From contig OY771506.1 in assembly GCA_963674705.1 (NCBI GenBank), forward strand, positions 1,280,001-1,344,000: a stretch of DNA of 64,000 bases, given 5' to 3'. Position 1 is the first letter of the stretch. The number at the start of each line of letters is the position of its first letter. The notes beneath the pieces were generated by a model, which did no database searches, had not been told where the DNA came from, and saw only the letters and a list, made by a program, of their open reading frames with translations. Positions 19,390 through 28,811 of the stretch are shown in pieces. The position numbers and the translations under genes were made by a program. This stretch comes from Phycisphaeraceae bacterium (GTDB lineage: Bacteria > Planctomycetota > Phycisphaerae > Phycisphaerales > Phycisphaeraceae).

Positions 19390-19995
19390 ATGGACACACT
19401 CGACGCGATCTACAAACGGCGGGCCGTCAAGCAGTATGATCCCGAGCACCGTTTGACTAAAGAAGAAGAAACGAAACTGCTTGAAGCCGCGATCCAGGCG
19501 CCGACGAGTTTCAACATCCAGCACTGGCGTTTCGTGATCCTGCGCGACCCGGAGCTGCGCGCAACAATCCGCAAGGAGTTGGGCAACGACCAGGCGCAGA
19601 TCACCGATGCGTCGCTGCTGGTTTTGTTCACCGCTGATGTGAACGCATGGAACAAATCGCCCGAGCGCTATTGGGTCAACGCGCCGCAGGAAGTGGCGGA
19701 TTTACTGGTGAACTGGATCGCCCCGTTCCACGAAGGCCGTGAATGGCTTCAGCGTGATGAGGCGCAACGTTCGATCGGCATGGCGATGCAGACACTGATG
19801 CTTGCCGCAACATCGATGGGCTACCAGAGTTGCCCGATGATCGGCTACGACATCGATGGGCTCGCCAAGCTCGTCAACCTGCCCGACGACCACGTGATGG
19901 GCCCGCTCGTTGCGATCGGCAAAGGCACGAAAGACCCGTGGCCGAAGCCGGGGCAGTTGCCGTTGAGCGAGTTGGTGGTGGAGGATTCGTTTTAA
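19390..19995 (+). CDS. Nitroreductase family protein
   Basis: Motifs AIYKRRAVKQYD, APTSFNIQHWRFV and LMLAATSMGYQSCPMIG. aaaggag RBS. Confidence 0.92.
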   Translation: MDTLDAIYKRRAVKQYDPEHRLTKEEETKLLEAAIQAPTSFNIQHWRFVILRDPELRATIRKELGNDQAQITDASLLVLFTADVNAWNKSPERYWVNAPQEVADLLVNWIAPFHEGREWLQRDEAQRSIGMAMQTLMLAATSMGYQSCPMIGYDIDGLAKLVNLPDDHVMGPLVAIGKGTKDPWPKPGQLPLSELVVEDSF

Positions 19996-20050
19996 AGCGG
20001 ATCCGGCTATCTGATATGCCCGCCGATGGCGATGAATTGTGTCGCGATTG

Positions 20051-20845
20051 TCAGTCGCTTGCTGTCGGTGCAAGGATATCCTGAACCATGGCCGCATCGA
20101 CCTCGACCATATCGTCGCGGTCGCCGCGGTGCATCCCCACGTTCACTACATCGTTCGGCTTGATGTTTGCGTACGCGAAATCCAGGGCCATCCTCGCATC
20201 GATCCGGCCTGCGCCCATGACTTTGTAGGCGATGCATGGCTTGCTGAGTTCGCGTATGACTTCTACTGCCCGCCAGATGTCCGAAAGGTCAAATCGCTCG
20301 CCTTTGCCGGCATGAATGCTACCGCAGTTGAAGAAGCAGACGGTGTGGAAGTCGACCAGGCCGAGGCGATCGACCCAGCGATGCACGTCAGGCGCATGGC
20401 CCGCGACGCCGACCGGGATGTTGTGCTTGCGTGCGGCTTCGATCCAGCGAGCCAACGTTTTCTCATCGCGCTTCAGCCAGAAGTCATCGACCTGCCCGCC
20501 GTGGAAGTACATCGCTTTGCAGCCGATATCGACAGCTTCCCATACCGCATCGGCGATATCCGGCTTCACCCGGCCGTTCATCTGGGCGATCCATTGCAGG
20601 CGACCGCCCGCTGAGAGGTATTCGCGTACCGCCTGAATCACGTGGGGTGTTTCGTTGTTGGTGACCATGCAGTTGATACCGGCCGCCTCGGCCCGCGCCC
20701 ACGTTTGCTTGATCCGGTCGACCGTGTAGTACTCCCGCATCTGCACATCACGGGCCGGCGTCTGATGGCTGTAGCCACCAAACGGGTTGGCCCCGATCAG
20801 CAGGCGGGTCATTGTTAAACCACAGAATGAAACGGTCGGCAACAT
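20051..20845 (-). CDS. Conserved hypothetical protein, aldo/keto reductase-like TIM barrel
   Basis: Motifs RLLIGANPFGGYSH, PVGVAGH and KPCIAYKVMGAGR. Confidence 0.65.
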   Translation of the reverse strand: MLPTVSFCGLTMTRLLIGANPFGGYSHQTPARDVQMREYYTVDRIKQTWARAEAAGINCMVTNNETPHVIQAVREYLSAGGRLQWIAQMNGRVKPDIADAVWEAVDIGCKAMYFHGGQVDDFWLKRDEKTLARWIEAARKHNIPVGVAGHAPDVHRWVDRLGLVDFHTVCFFNCGSIHAGKGERFDLSDIWRAVEVIRELSKPCIAYKVMGAGRIDARMALDFAYANIKPNDVVNVGMHRGDRDDMVEVDAAMVQDILAPTASD

Positions 20846-20906
20846 GGGATCTACTCGCTCGGTGAATTATGTTATTTGAGTTGGACGACAGCCTCGTGTC
20901 AACGAC

Positions 20907-20932
20907 AAATCGGTCTGACATCAGACAGATTT
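20907..20932. promoter_or_regulatory. Candidate transcription factor operator (GntR/FadR-like palindrome)
   Basis: aaatcggtctgacatcagacagattt is a 12-2-12 inverted repeat with one mismatch, between divergent genes. Confidence 0.5.
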
Positions 20933-21023
20933 GTTTCTCGTGAATCGGCTTTACTCCCAAACATGACCTCGCATACCATTGTCCATTAAACCATCAACGA
21001 CCCAAACCGGGAGGAATATCCCC

Positions 21024-22010
21024 ATGCAAAAGATCACACTCGGACTCAATGGCCCCCCTATCTCGCGGATCGGACTTGGTTGTATGGGGATGAGCGACTT
21101 CTACGGCGATTCAAATGAGGCCGACTCGATCGGTGTGATCCATCAGGCGCTCGATCTGGGCGTTAACTTTCTTGATACGGCCGACATGTACGGCGTCGGC
21201 GCGAACGAAGTACTCGTCGGCAAGGCGATTGCCGACCGGCGCGACAAGGCGGTGCTCGCAACGAAGTTTGCCATCATGCGCGATACCGAGGGGCAGTTCA
21301 TCGGGATCAACGGTAAACCTGAATACGTCAAGCAGGCATGTGAAGCGAGTCTGAAGCGGTTGGGTGTCGACTGTATCGACTTGTACTACCAGCACCGTGT
21401 TGACCCGAACGTGCCGATCGAAGAAACCGTCGGCGCGATGGCGGAGCTTGTGCATGAGGGGAAGGTGAAACATCTTGGATTGTCAGAAGCTGCGCCGGCG
21501 ACGATCCGTCGGGCTCATGCGGTGCACCCGATTTCCGCGCTACAGACGGAATACTCACTGTGGACGCGCGACCCGGAGGGTGAACTACTGAACACCTGCC
21601 GAGAGTTGAGCATCACGTTCGTAGCGTACAGCCCGCTTGGCAGAGGATTTCTGACCGGGCATATCCGCAGCGTCGATGATCTTGCTGAAGACGATTGGCG
21701 AAGACACAACCCGCGCTTCCAGGGTGAGAACTTTGAGAAGAATCTCGAACTGGTCGACCACGTGCGCGAACTGGCGGAGTCTAAACACTGCACGCCCGCA
21801 CAACTCGCGCTCGCCTGGCTGCTCGCGCAAGGCAATGACCTCGTCCCCATCCCCGGCACACGCAGCATCGGACGACTCAAGGAAAACGCGGACAGCGCGA
21901 CCATCGAGTTGAGCATGGATGAATTGCAGGCGATCGACCGCATCATGCCACCCAACGCTGCGCTAGGCATGCGCTACCCTGAGCAAGCCATGGTCGCGCT
22001 GAACGGGTGA
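21024..22010 (+). CDS. Aldo/keto reductase
   Basis: Motifs [42 protein letters not shown] and PIPGT. Confidence 0.95.
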   Translation: MQKITLGLNGPPISRIGLGCMGMSDFYGDSNEADSIGVIHQALDLGVNFLDTADMYGVGANEVLVGKAIADRRDKAVLATKFAIMRDTEGQFIGINGKPEYVKQACEASLKRLGVDCIDLYYQHRVDPNVPIEETVGAMAELVHEGKVKHLGLSEAAPATIRRAHAVHPISALQTEYSLWTRDPEGELLNTCRELSITFVAYSPLGRGFLTGHIRSVDDLAEDDWRRHNPRFQGENFEKNLELVDHVRELAESKHCTPAQLALAWLLAQGNDLVPIPGTRSIGRLKENADSATIELSMDELQAIDRIMPPNAALGMRYPEQAMVALNG

Positions 22011-22027
22011 TGACTTACACCGCACTT

Positions 22028-22573
22028 TCAATCATCGTCTATCTCACCCGTTTCGCCCGGGAGCGTCGGCAGGGGTTCTTTAGGCAATAGTGCTTGCACG
22101 CCGAAGTCGTGGACAAGTCGGCCGCCGTTGTGTGCGGTGTTGACGACGGCCAGCACGCCGACAACCTGGCAGCCGAGCATTACCGCGCATGCTGCGACCC
22201 AGACAAGCCGATGGTGTTTGTACTTCCGGATACATAGTATCACCACCTGCAACAGCACAAAACCGATTACCAGCCCGGTCAGCCACTTCGCGGTGAACTC
22301 GGCCAGCGATTCATGCACTTCCATCACCTGATTAATGGCCGGCGTACGCATCGCCAACTCACCCGCGGCCTCACCGGTCGATACCGCGACCCAAGCCGCG
22401 GCCGCACCGCCGATCAACAATCCTGTTGCCGTCAGCGACATCGGCCAGCGCATGCGCTTGCCGAAGATCGACAGAAACACGAATATCGGAGCCAGTAGCG
22501 TTAGAACGATCGGGAAGTGAATGACCAGCGGGTGCAGTCCGTCCCATGGGGGGATTGGAGGCAGTTGCCACAT
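22028..22573 (-). CDS. DUF2231 domain membrane protein
   Basis: Motifs LHPLVIHFPI, AVSTGE, HESLA and TAHNGGRLVH. Confidence 0.85.
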   Translation of the reverse strand: MWQLPPIPPWDGLHPLVIHFPIVLTLLAPIFVFLSIFGKRMRWPMSLTATGLLIGGAAAAWVAVSTGEAAGELAMRTPAINQVMEVHESLAEFTAKWLTGLVIGFVLLQVVILCIRKYKHHRLVWVAACAVMLGCQVVGVLAVVNTAHNGGRLVHDFGVQALLPKEPLPTLPGETGEIDDD

Positions 22574-22664
22574 AACTGTTTCCTTTTCATCTGCGTGAAG
22601 TGTCGGAGCCAAAGAATACCCGCAGCCGCCGGTAGACGGCCACGGGTCGTCGTTTGTCAATGTG

Positions 22665-23282
22665 TTAATTCACCAGGCGGAACACTTCTTTCGGCGAGAA
22701 GCAGGACGGGCACTTGCTGGCCGGCAACGCGGTCAGTGTTTCGCCGCAGACCTGGCAGACGTAGAAGTCCTTCTTGCCGTCGCGCCATTGTTCGAGGTTG
22801 TCCAGGGCTTCCTTGTAGAACTTCGCGTGGCTTGCCTCTGCCGTGGCGGCAAAGTTGAAGCTGCGGATCGCGTCGCGGTTGCGGTCCTCTTTCGCTTGCG
22901 CGATGAAGTTCGGATACATGGTGTCACGCTCGTAGGATTCACCTTTGATCGAGTCTTTCAGGTTTTCCGCGGTGGTCTTGACCACGGGCGATACGACCTC
23001 GGCTTTTGCCTCACCGCCCAGCGAGCGGATCACTTCAGCGTGATTCTCGGCGTGGACAAACTCCGCTTCGGCCGCGGCGCGGAACAGGCTTGCGACCTGG
23101 TGATACCCCTCCGCCTCGGCCTTCTTGGAAAACGCAAGGTAGCGCGTGTGAGCGTTCATCTCCCCGGCGTAGGCTTCCATCAGGTTATCCATCGTGCTCG
23201 CGGCGTTCGCTGTCGAAACACCCAGGCACATTGCAATCAAAGCAAATAATGCGAAAACAGAAAAACTCTTTTGCGACTTCAT
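22665..23282 (-). CDS. Rubrerythrin family protein with N-terminal signal peptide
   Basis: Motifs NLMEAYAGE, AEAEFVHA, GESYE..MYP.F and AEASHA, then rubredoxin-like CQVCG...CPSC. Leader MKSQKSFSVFALFALIAMCLGVSTANA. Confidence 0.9.
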   Translation of the reverse strand: MKSQKSFSVFALFALIAMCLGVSTANAASTMDNLMEAYAGEMNAHTRYLAFSKKAEAEGYHQVASLFRAAAEAEFVHAENHAEVIRSLGGEAKAEVVSPVVKTTAENLKDSIKGESYERDTMYPNFIAQAKEDRNRDAIRSFNFAATAEASHAKFYKEALDNLEQWRDGKKDFYVCQVCGETLTALPASKCPSCFSPKEVFRLVN

Positions 23283-23524
23283 CTCACGTTCCTTTTCTAA
23301 GGTATCTAAGTTGTAAACCCGCCATGCGCGACATGCGCTTGATAGCTTGGAGGATGACAAGCATCTATCGATGATACGCAGCCCGAAGCGGAAGTCTTCG
23401 CGGTGATGTGAAAAATATGTGAGAAAAAGTAATTGAGTAATACTTGGTTGATAAAGCGCAGCCGTCGTCGAGATTGAAAATAAGAACCAGTCTCGTTTGC
23501 GCGCCGCGCCTAACACATGTCAAT

Positions 23525-25039
23525 CTACCAACGACCATCCGTCACGCCGGGCCAGTCATCCGTGCGGAACGGTTCGGCCGGCAGACCAGTCGCGTTGTAG
23601 AGATATGTGAACGGGTAGTCCGCCCAGTTGTGGCGCACGGCGACTGGTTCATCGACCATCGGGCTTGTTATGGTGATTTGATTACCTTCGATCGTTGCGG
23701 TTGCCCACCAGAATCTTTTGTCTTTGCCCGCGATCGCAAAGGCTTTGAGCGGATCGCCGAGTAGTAAGAGCTCGCTGTTTTCGCAACCATCGAACGTCAG
23801 GATGGCTTTGCCGTTTTCAAATTGCGCATCGCGCAGGTGAGGTCCGCGTGCGGTGACGTTTTCTTTGTAGGCAAGTTTGCGGGCTGCAAGCGCCAGGCGT
23901 TTGCCGAGTGTTTGCTTGTTCGCAGGATGGATGTATCGGCGGTCGCCGATGTCGATCGTCAGCACCATCGCGGTGTTCGGCTCATTCAGTCCAAGCGACT
24001 GCGCTTCACGCAGCTCCGCCCAGGCACTTTCCTGCGGCTCTTCATCTGTAAACTTGAAGCCTGCAAGCTGCACGAAGATGAACGGCGTATGGCCTTGTCC
24101 GAACGTGTCGCGCCAGTTGCGGATCATCGCGGGGGAAAGCTCGCGATACTGGGCGGCGCGCACGGCATTGGTTTCGCCTTGATAGAGCGCGACGCCGCGG
24201 AACCGTGCATGACGTAGCGGGTAGATGATGCTGTTGTATAAGCCGCATGGCCAATGGTGTTGATAGGTCCGGTAGTCCCCGTTGGGTGAGAACGCGATTG
24301 GTGTGTCGTATGCTTTTGCAACTTCGAGGTTCTTTTCGTACTCGGCTCGGATTGCTTCGTAAAGCGCCAGGTTCTTTTCATAATCGGCAGCGATCCGGTT
24401 CGCGTAGGCCAAGCGCTTCTTGAAGTTCGGCATATTTTCCAAGGTGTCGCGCGACATCCACGCCTCAACGCTCGAACCGCCCCACGATACATCCACCACC
24501 GCCACCGCGCAGACACGGTCTTTCAACTCACGCCCGAAGTAGTACGCCGTTGCTCCGAAGTTCGCGACCGTTTCTGGCGAGCAGACCCACCAGCTTACTT
24601 GCACATCTTCCTGCGGCTTGTCTGCGTACGCATGATCCGCACGCGCCAGGCGTAGCCAGGGATGGTCCGCACTTGATTTCCGAACGCGCGTTGTCACACA
24701 GATAAACCGGCAACATCATGTTCGACTGCCCGCCGCAGAACCACACCTCGCGATCATTACATCCTTGAAGCCAACGTCGCCCGATGCGTCGCTGATGGTC
24801 AGTTCGTAAGGCCCGCCCGCATCCATGGCCGAAAGTTCCGGCTTCCATTGCCCGGACGCGCCGGCCTCGCACGAACCGGTTTGATCCGCCAGCGTCACGC
24901 GGACGGTTTCATTCGGCGCGGCTGTGCCCCAGATGACGATCGGCTGCTCACGCTGAAGCACCATGTGGTCTGCAAAGTAACCCGCCGGCTCAGCCGCGAC
25001 CGACCACGAGGCGAACAACAGCACCGGCAACAAACGCAT
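23525..25039 (-). pseudogene. Sialate O-acetylesterase family, broken by two frameshifts (about 24750 and 24672)
   Basis: DHMVLQRE lies in frame 1, EVWFCGGQSNM in frame 2, and WGGS.VEAW, YQGETNA, FVQLAGF, LREAQ, IHPANK and PFRTDDW in frame 3. Confidence 0.85.
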
Positions 25040-25376
25040 ACCGGCTCTCCCTATCTATAAGGATGTTTATCTAAAAACCCCACCGACATGACGGACGACC
25101 GCTGGGCCCGACCCGCGTGTGTGGCGCCGCAGTGTATCACGGCAGACGGATTGGGGTTGTGACGATAGACGGGCCGATTGGTGGCGGTCACCCGTAAATA
25201 TCTGTCAAATAAGAATATGGATGGTGCTGCCGGTCCCGTCTCTTCGGCCCGGCCCGCTTTGGCCCCACCCTAACTGCGTGTGCTACAATACCCGGCTCGG
25301 CCGAATTGCCCCTCATCAGGCGGCTCGGCTGGTTTCGAGATGTCACCCCTGAATTACGTTTTGAAGGACCAACGCC

Positions 25377-26792
25377 ATGCCACGTGCCATGACCATGACC
25401 GAGAAGATCTTCGCCGCCCACGCCGGGAAAGCTGAAGTAGCACCGGGCGAAAACATCTGGGTGGGCGTTGACCTGCTGATGACACACGATGTCTGCGGGC
25501 CGGGCACGATCGGCATCTTCAAGAAGCAGTTCGGCAAGGACGCCAAGGTCTGGGACAAGGACCGTGTCGTCATTATCCCCGACCACTATATCTTCACCGC
25601 TGATGAAAAGTGTCACCGCAACGTCCAGACGCTGCGCGACTTCGTCAAGGAACAAGGGCTGAAGTATTACTACGACCCGGACTTCCTCAACACGGCTGAG
25701 GGCTCGGGCTTCCCTAATCCTTACCGCGATCCGAATCAGACCAACTATAAAGGCGTCTGCCACAAGGCGCTGCCTGAGGAAGGCCACTGCCGGCCGGGCG
25801 AGATCATGCTCGGCACGGATAGCCACACCTGCACCGCCGGTGCGTTCGGCCAGTTTGCATCAGGCGTCGGCAACACCGATGCCGCGTTCACGCTCGGCAC
25901 GGGCAAGACCTGGCTGAAGGTTCCGCCGACCATGAAGTTCACCTTCCATGGCCAGATCCCCCCCTACCTGACCGCCAAGGACCTGATCCTCGCGGTCATC
26001 GGCCAGATCGGCGTCGCCGGTGCGACTTACAAAGCCATGTACTTTGCGGGCGATGGCATCCAGAGCCTGAGCCTTGAAGACCGCATGACGTTGACCAACA
26101 TGGCCATCGAAGCCGGCGGGAAGAACGGCATCTGCGATGTCGATGAAAAGACACTCGCTTACGTCCGCGCCCGTTCCACACGTCCGGACTGGACCGTCTA
26201 TAAGGATGATCCGAACGCTGAGTATTGCTTCGAGCACGAATGGGACCTGGGCGCGATGGAGCCGATGGTCGCCAAGCCGCACAGCCCGGACAACAAGGAC
26301 ACCGCCCGCAACTGCTCGGACGTCAAACTCGACCGCGCGTACATCGGCTCGTGCACCGGCGGGAAGATCACCGACATGATCTTCGCCGCGAACATCCTGG
26401 CCGGTAAGAGCGTGAAGATCCCGACCTTCGTCGTGCCCGGCTCGACCGAGGTCCACTCCGACATGCTCACGCTCAACCTGCGTGGCGAGAAGGCTGCCGA
26501 TGGTGAGTTGACTGTTTATAAAGCGCTGGAAGAAGCCGGCTGCCTGATCGGCGCCGCCAGCTGTGCCGCGTGCTTAGGTGGCCCCGCCGACACATTCGGC
26601 CGCCTGAACGAGCCGATCAACTGCATCAGCACCACCAACCGAAACTTCCCCGGCCGCATGGGCCACAAGGAAGCCGGCGTCTACCTGGCCAGCCCCCTGA
26701 CCGCCGCCGCCAGTGCGCTGACGGGTAAGGTGACCGATCCCCGCGAGTTTGTCAGCGAACCGATCGTGACGGGCGGGGCCGGGTTAGTGTAA
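25377..26792 (+). CDS. leuC: 3-isopropylmalate dehydratase large subunit (aconitase family)
   Basis: Motifs GTDSHTCTAGAFG, YIGSCTGG, SCAACLGG and STTNRNFPGRMG. No small subunit adjacent. Confidence 0.85.
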   Translation: MPRAMTMTEKIFAAHAGKAEVAPGENIWVGVDLLMTHDVCGPGTIGIFKKQFGKDAKVWDKDRVVIIPDHYIFTADEKCHRNVQTLRDFVKEQGLKYYYDPDFLNTAEGSGFPNPYRDPNQTNYKGVCHKALPEEGHCRPGEIMLGTDSHTCTAGAFGQFASGVGNTDAAFTLGTGKTWLKVPPTMKFTFHGQIPPYLTAKDLILAVIGQIGVAGATYKAMYFAGDGIQSLSLEDRMTLTNMAIEAGGKNGICDVDEKTLAYVRARSTRPDWTVYKDDPNAEYCFEHEWDLGAMEPMVAKPHSPDNKDTARNCSDVKLDRAYIGSCTGGKITDMIFAANILAGKSVKIPTFVVPGSTEVHSDMLTLNLRGEKAADGELTVYKALEEAGCLIGAASCAACLGGPADTFGRLNEPINCISTTNRNFPGRMGHKEAGVYLASPLTAAASALTGKVTDPREFVSEPIVTGGAGLV

Positions 26793-26821
26793 GTCACTTT
26801 TGATAAACAAATAACAGTGAT

Positions 26822-26852
26822 AGGCAGTAGGCATTGGTCTACTGCCTGTTTT
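26822..26852 (+). terminator. Probable intrinsic terminator after leuC
   Basis: aggcagtag...ctactgcct hairpin followed by gttttt. Confidence 0.55.
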
Positions 26853-26971
26853 AATGTAGGCATATGATGGCTAGCAACAACAGCCAAAGTCATATTATTG
26901 TGGCACGATAATAAGTGGGGTATGGTCACCTGTATACCCACAGAAGGGATTTTATAGGACCAGGCTGGTTC

Positions 26972-27054
26972 ATCCTAATTTTGTGTCAATTAGGTTGATT
27001 TTGGGATCAACCGGTTATATCCTAATTTGTGATGAATTAGGATATAATTAGGAT
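26972..27054. promoter_or_regulatory. Repeated ATCCTAATT-N7-AATTAGGAT operators upstream of the fic gene
   Basis: Palindromes at 26972-26996 and 27016-27046 (perfect 12-7-12), plus an extra half site over the ATG. TATAAT at 27043-27048. Confidence 0.7.
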
Positions 27055-28405
27055 GACTGACTACGCTCTCAAAATGCCTGCCAAGCCTCCATCGCTTTCC
27101 GAGGAAGTTCTGTTTCCCAAAGAAGGTGACACAGAAATATACGCTAAGGCATTTCGCGCTGGGATGGAGGAATTCCGTCAGCAACGGTACGACCATTGGG
27201 ACAAGTTTCGACGACGCAAAGCCCCAGAAGGCCTGACTGCAGAACAGTGGTGGTACGGCGCAAAGCTGGCGCGATCTTTGAATCGCAAGTACATAGATCT
27301 GGAAGATGTAAATGGAAAGCACTTCAGCTATGTAATTGTAGACACGATCTCAGAGATGCAGCACAGGGTTGATTTATCAACAGGGGGTCAGATTGGTATA
27401 GCCGAGCCTGTGACAAATTCGGAAGAGAAAGACCGTTATCTGATCTCTTCTCTTGTGCAGGAGGCGATTACATCCAGCCAGATTGAGGGAGCATTGACCA
27501 CACGTGAGGTGGCCAAAGAAATGTTACGGACTAATCGTCGGCCACAAAACCGTGACGAGCAGATGATACTCAACAATTATCTGACGATGCGACATATTGG
27601 TAAGATCAAAGAACAACCGCTCTCGCCAGAAGTTGTTTTTGAACTACACCGACAAATGACAAAAGAAACTCTGGATAATCCCGACGATGCCGGTTGTTTC
27701 AGGGGTAGTGATCGCAAAATTGAGGTTGGGGATGACTATGGGCAGATTGCTCATGTACCTCCGCCTGCAGATCAACTACCTGCGCGATTAAAGAAGATGT
27801 GTGATTTTGCAAACGGGAAGTCGCCGGATCGCTTTGTGCATCCAGTCGTGAGATCCATCATATTACACTTCTGGTTAGCTTATGATCATCCTTTTGTGGA
27901 TGGCAACGGCCGAGCCGCCCGTGCATTGTTCTACTGGTCTATGCTTAGGAGTGGTTATTGGTTATTTGAGTACGTCTCAATTTCACAAGTGATATTAGAT
28001 TCAAACCGCCAGTATTATCGTGCATTTTTACATACGGAAACGGACGAAAACGACCTAACATACTTTATCCTTTACCATTTGAAGGTAATCAATCAGGCTA
28101 TCAATAGACTGCACCAATATATTGAACGGAAAGCAGAGCAGGCAAGAGCTTTAGATTCATTACTCAGATCCACGGTTGAACTCAATCACCGTCAACGTGC
28201 TTTGCTTAGTCACGCGCTGCGACATCCCGGACAGAGGTATACGACCGAATCACACCGGACCAGTCATGGTGTGGTGTATCAAACGGCTCGCAATGATCTG
28301 TTAGACCTCACTCGCCGCAAGCTACTGACGGCCAGCAAGCGGGGGAAAACAGACTACTTTGCGCCGGTGAAGGACCTTGAACAGCGATTACAGAAGATAC
28401 GATAA
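27053..28405 (+). CDS. Fic family protein with C-terminal HTH-like region
   Basis: Intact HPFVDGNGRAAR motif and EAITSSQIEG inhibitory-helix-like motif. C-terminal LNHRQ...YQTARNDLLDL. Lower GC than flanks. Confidence 0.92.
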   Translation: MTDYALKMPAKPPSLSEEVLFPKEGDTEIYAKAFRAGMEEFRQQRYDHWDKFRRRKAPEGLTAEQWWYGAKLARSLNRKYIDLEDVNGKHFSYVIVDTISEMQHRVDLSTGGQIGIAEPVTNSEEKDRYLISSLVQEAITSSQIEGALTTREVAKEMLRTNRRPQNRDEQMILNNYLTMRHIGKIKEQPLSPEVVFELHRQMTKETLDNPDDAGCFRGSDRKIEVGDDYGQIAHVPPPADQLPARLKKMCDFANGKSPDRFVHPVVRSIILHFWLAYDHPFVDGNGRAARALFYWSMLRSGYWLFEYVSISQVILDSNRQYYRAFLHTETDENDLTYFILYHLKVINQAINRLHQYIERKAEQARALDSLLRSTVELNHRQRALLSHALRHPGQRYTTESHRTSHGVVYQTARNDLLDLTRRKLLTASKRGKTDYFAPVKDLEQRLQKIR

Positions 28406-28432
28406 ATGCCCGTACGATTGTGAACCACATAG

Positions 28433-28663
28433 ATTCCATCCCACCCCACCTGGACCCACGGCGGCTGGCACGTCTACCTCGACCACCCGGATGCCATCCG
28501 CCGAACTATTTCGTACATCGAAAACAACCCCCTCAAAATCCACCTGCCCGCCCAACACTGGGACTTCATCCAATCCTACGACGACTGGCCGCTGCACCAA
28601 GGCCACTCTCCAAATTCGCCGTATGTGAAGGCGTTGAAAAAAGCAGGGAAATGCCCTCACTAA
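28433..28663 (+). pseudogene. C-terminal remnant of an IS200/RAYT-like Y1 transposase
   Basis: Own translation HPTWTHGGWHVYLDHPDAIRRTISYIENNPLK...; W...YIxxNP resembles the catalytic Tyr helix. Stops upstream, no start codon. Confidence 0.55.
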
Positions 28664-28811
28664 GCTGCTTGCGGCTTTGCGTTAGAGCCGTTTTTGTATG
28701 CTTAATTGTTTGCGAGTTAAATTTGATTGCTCTGTGTACTTTATACAGAGATTTGGTATCGTGTGTGACGTATCAAGTCATTCACTATTCTGTGGGAATG
28801 GATTGCTTATC

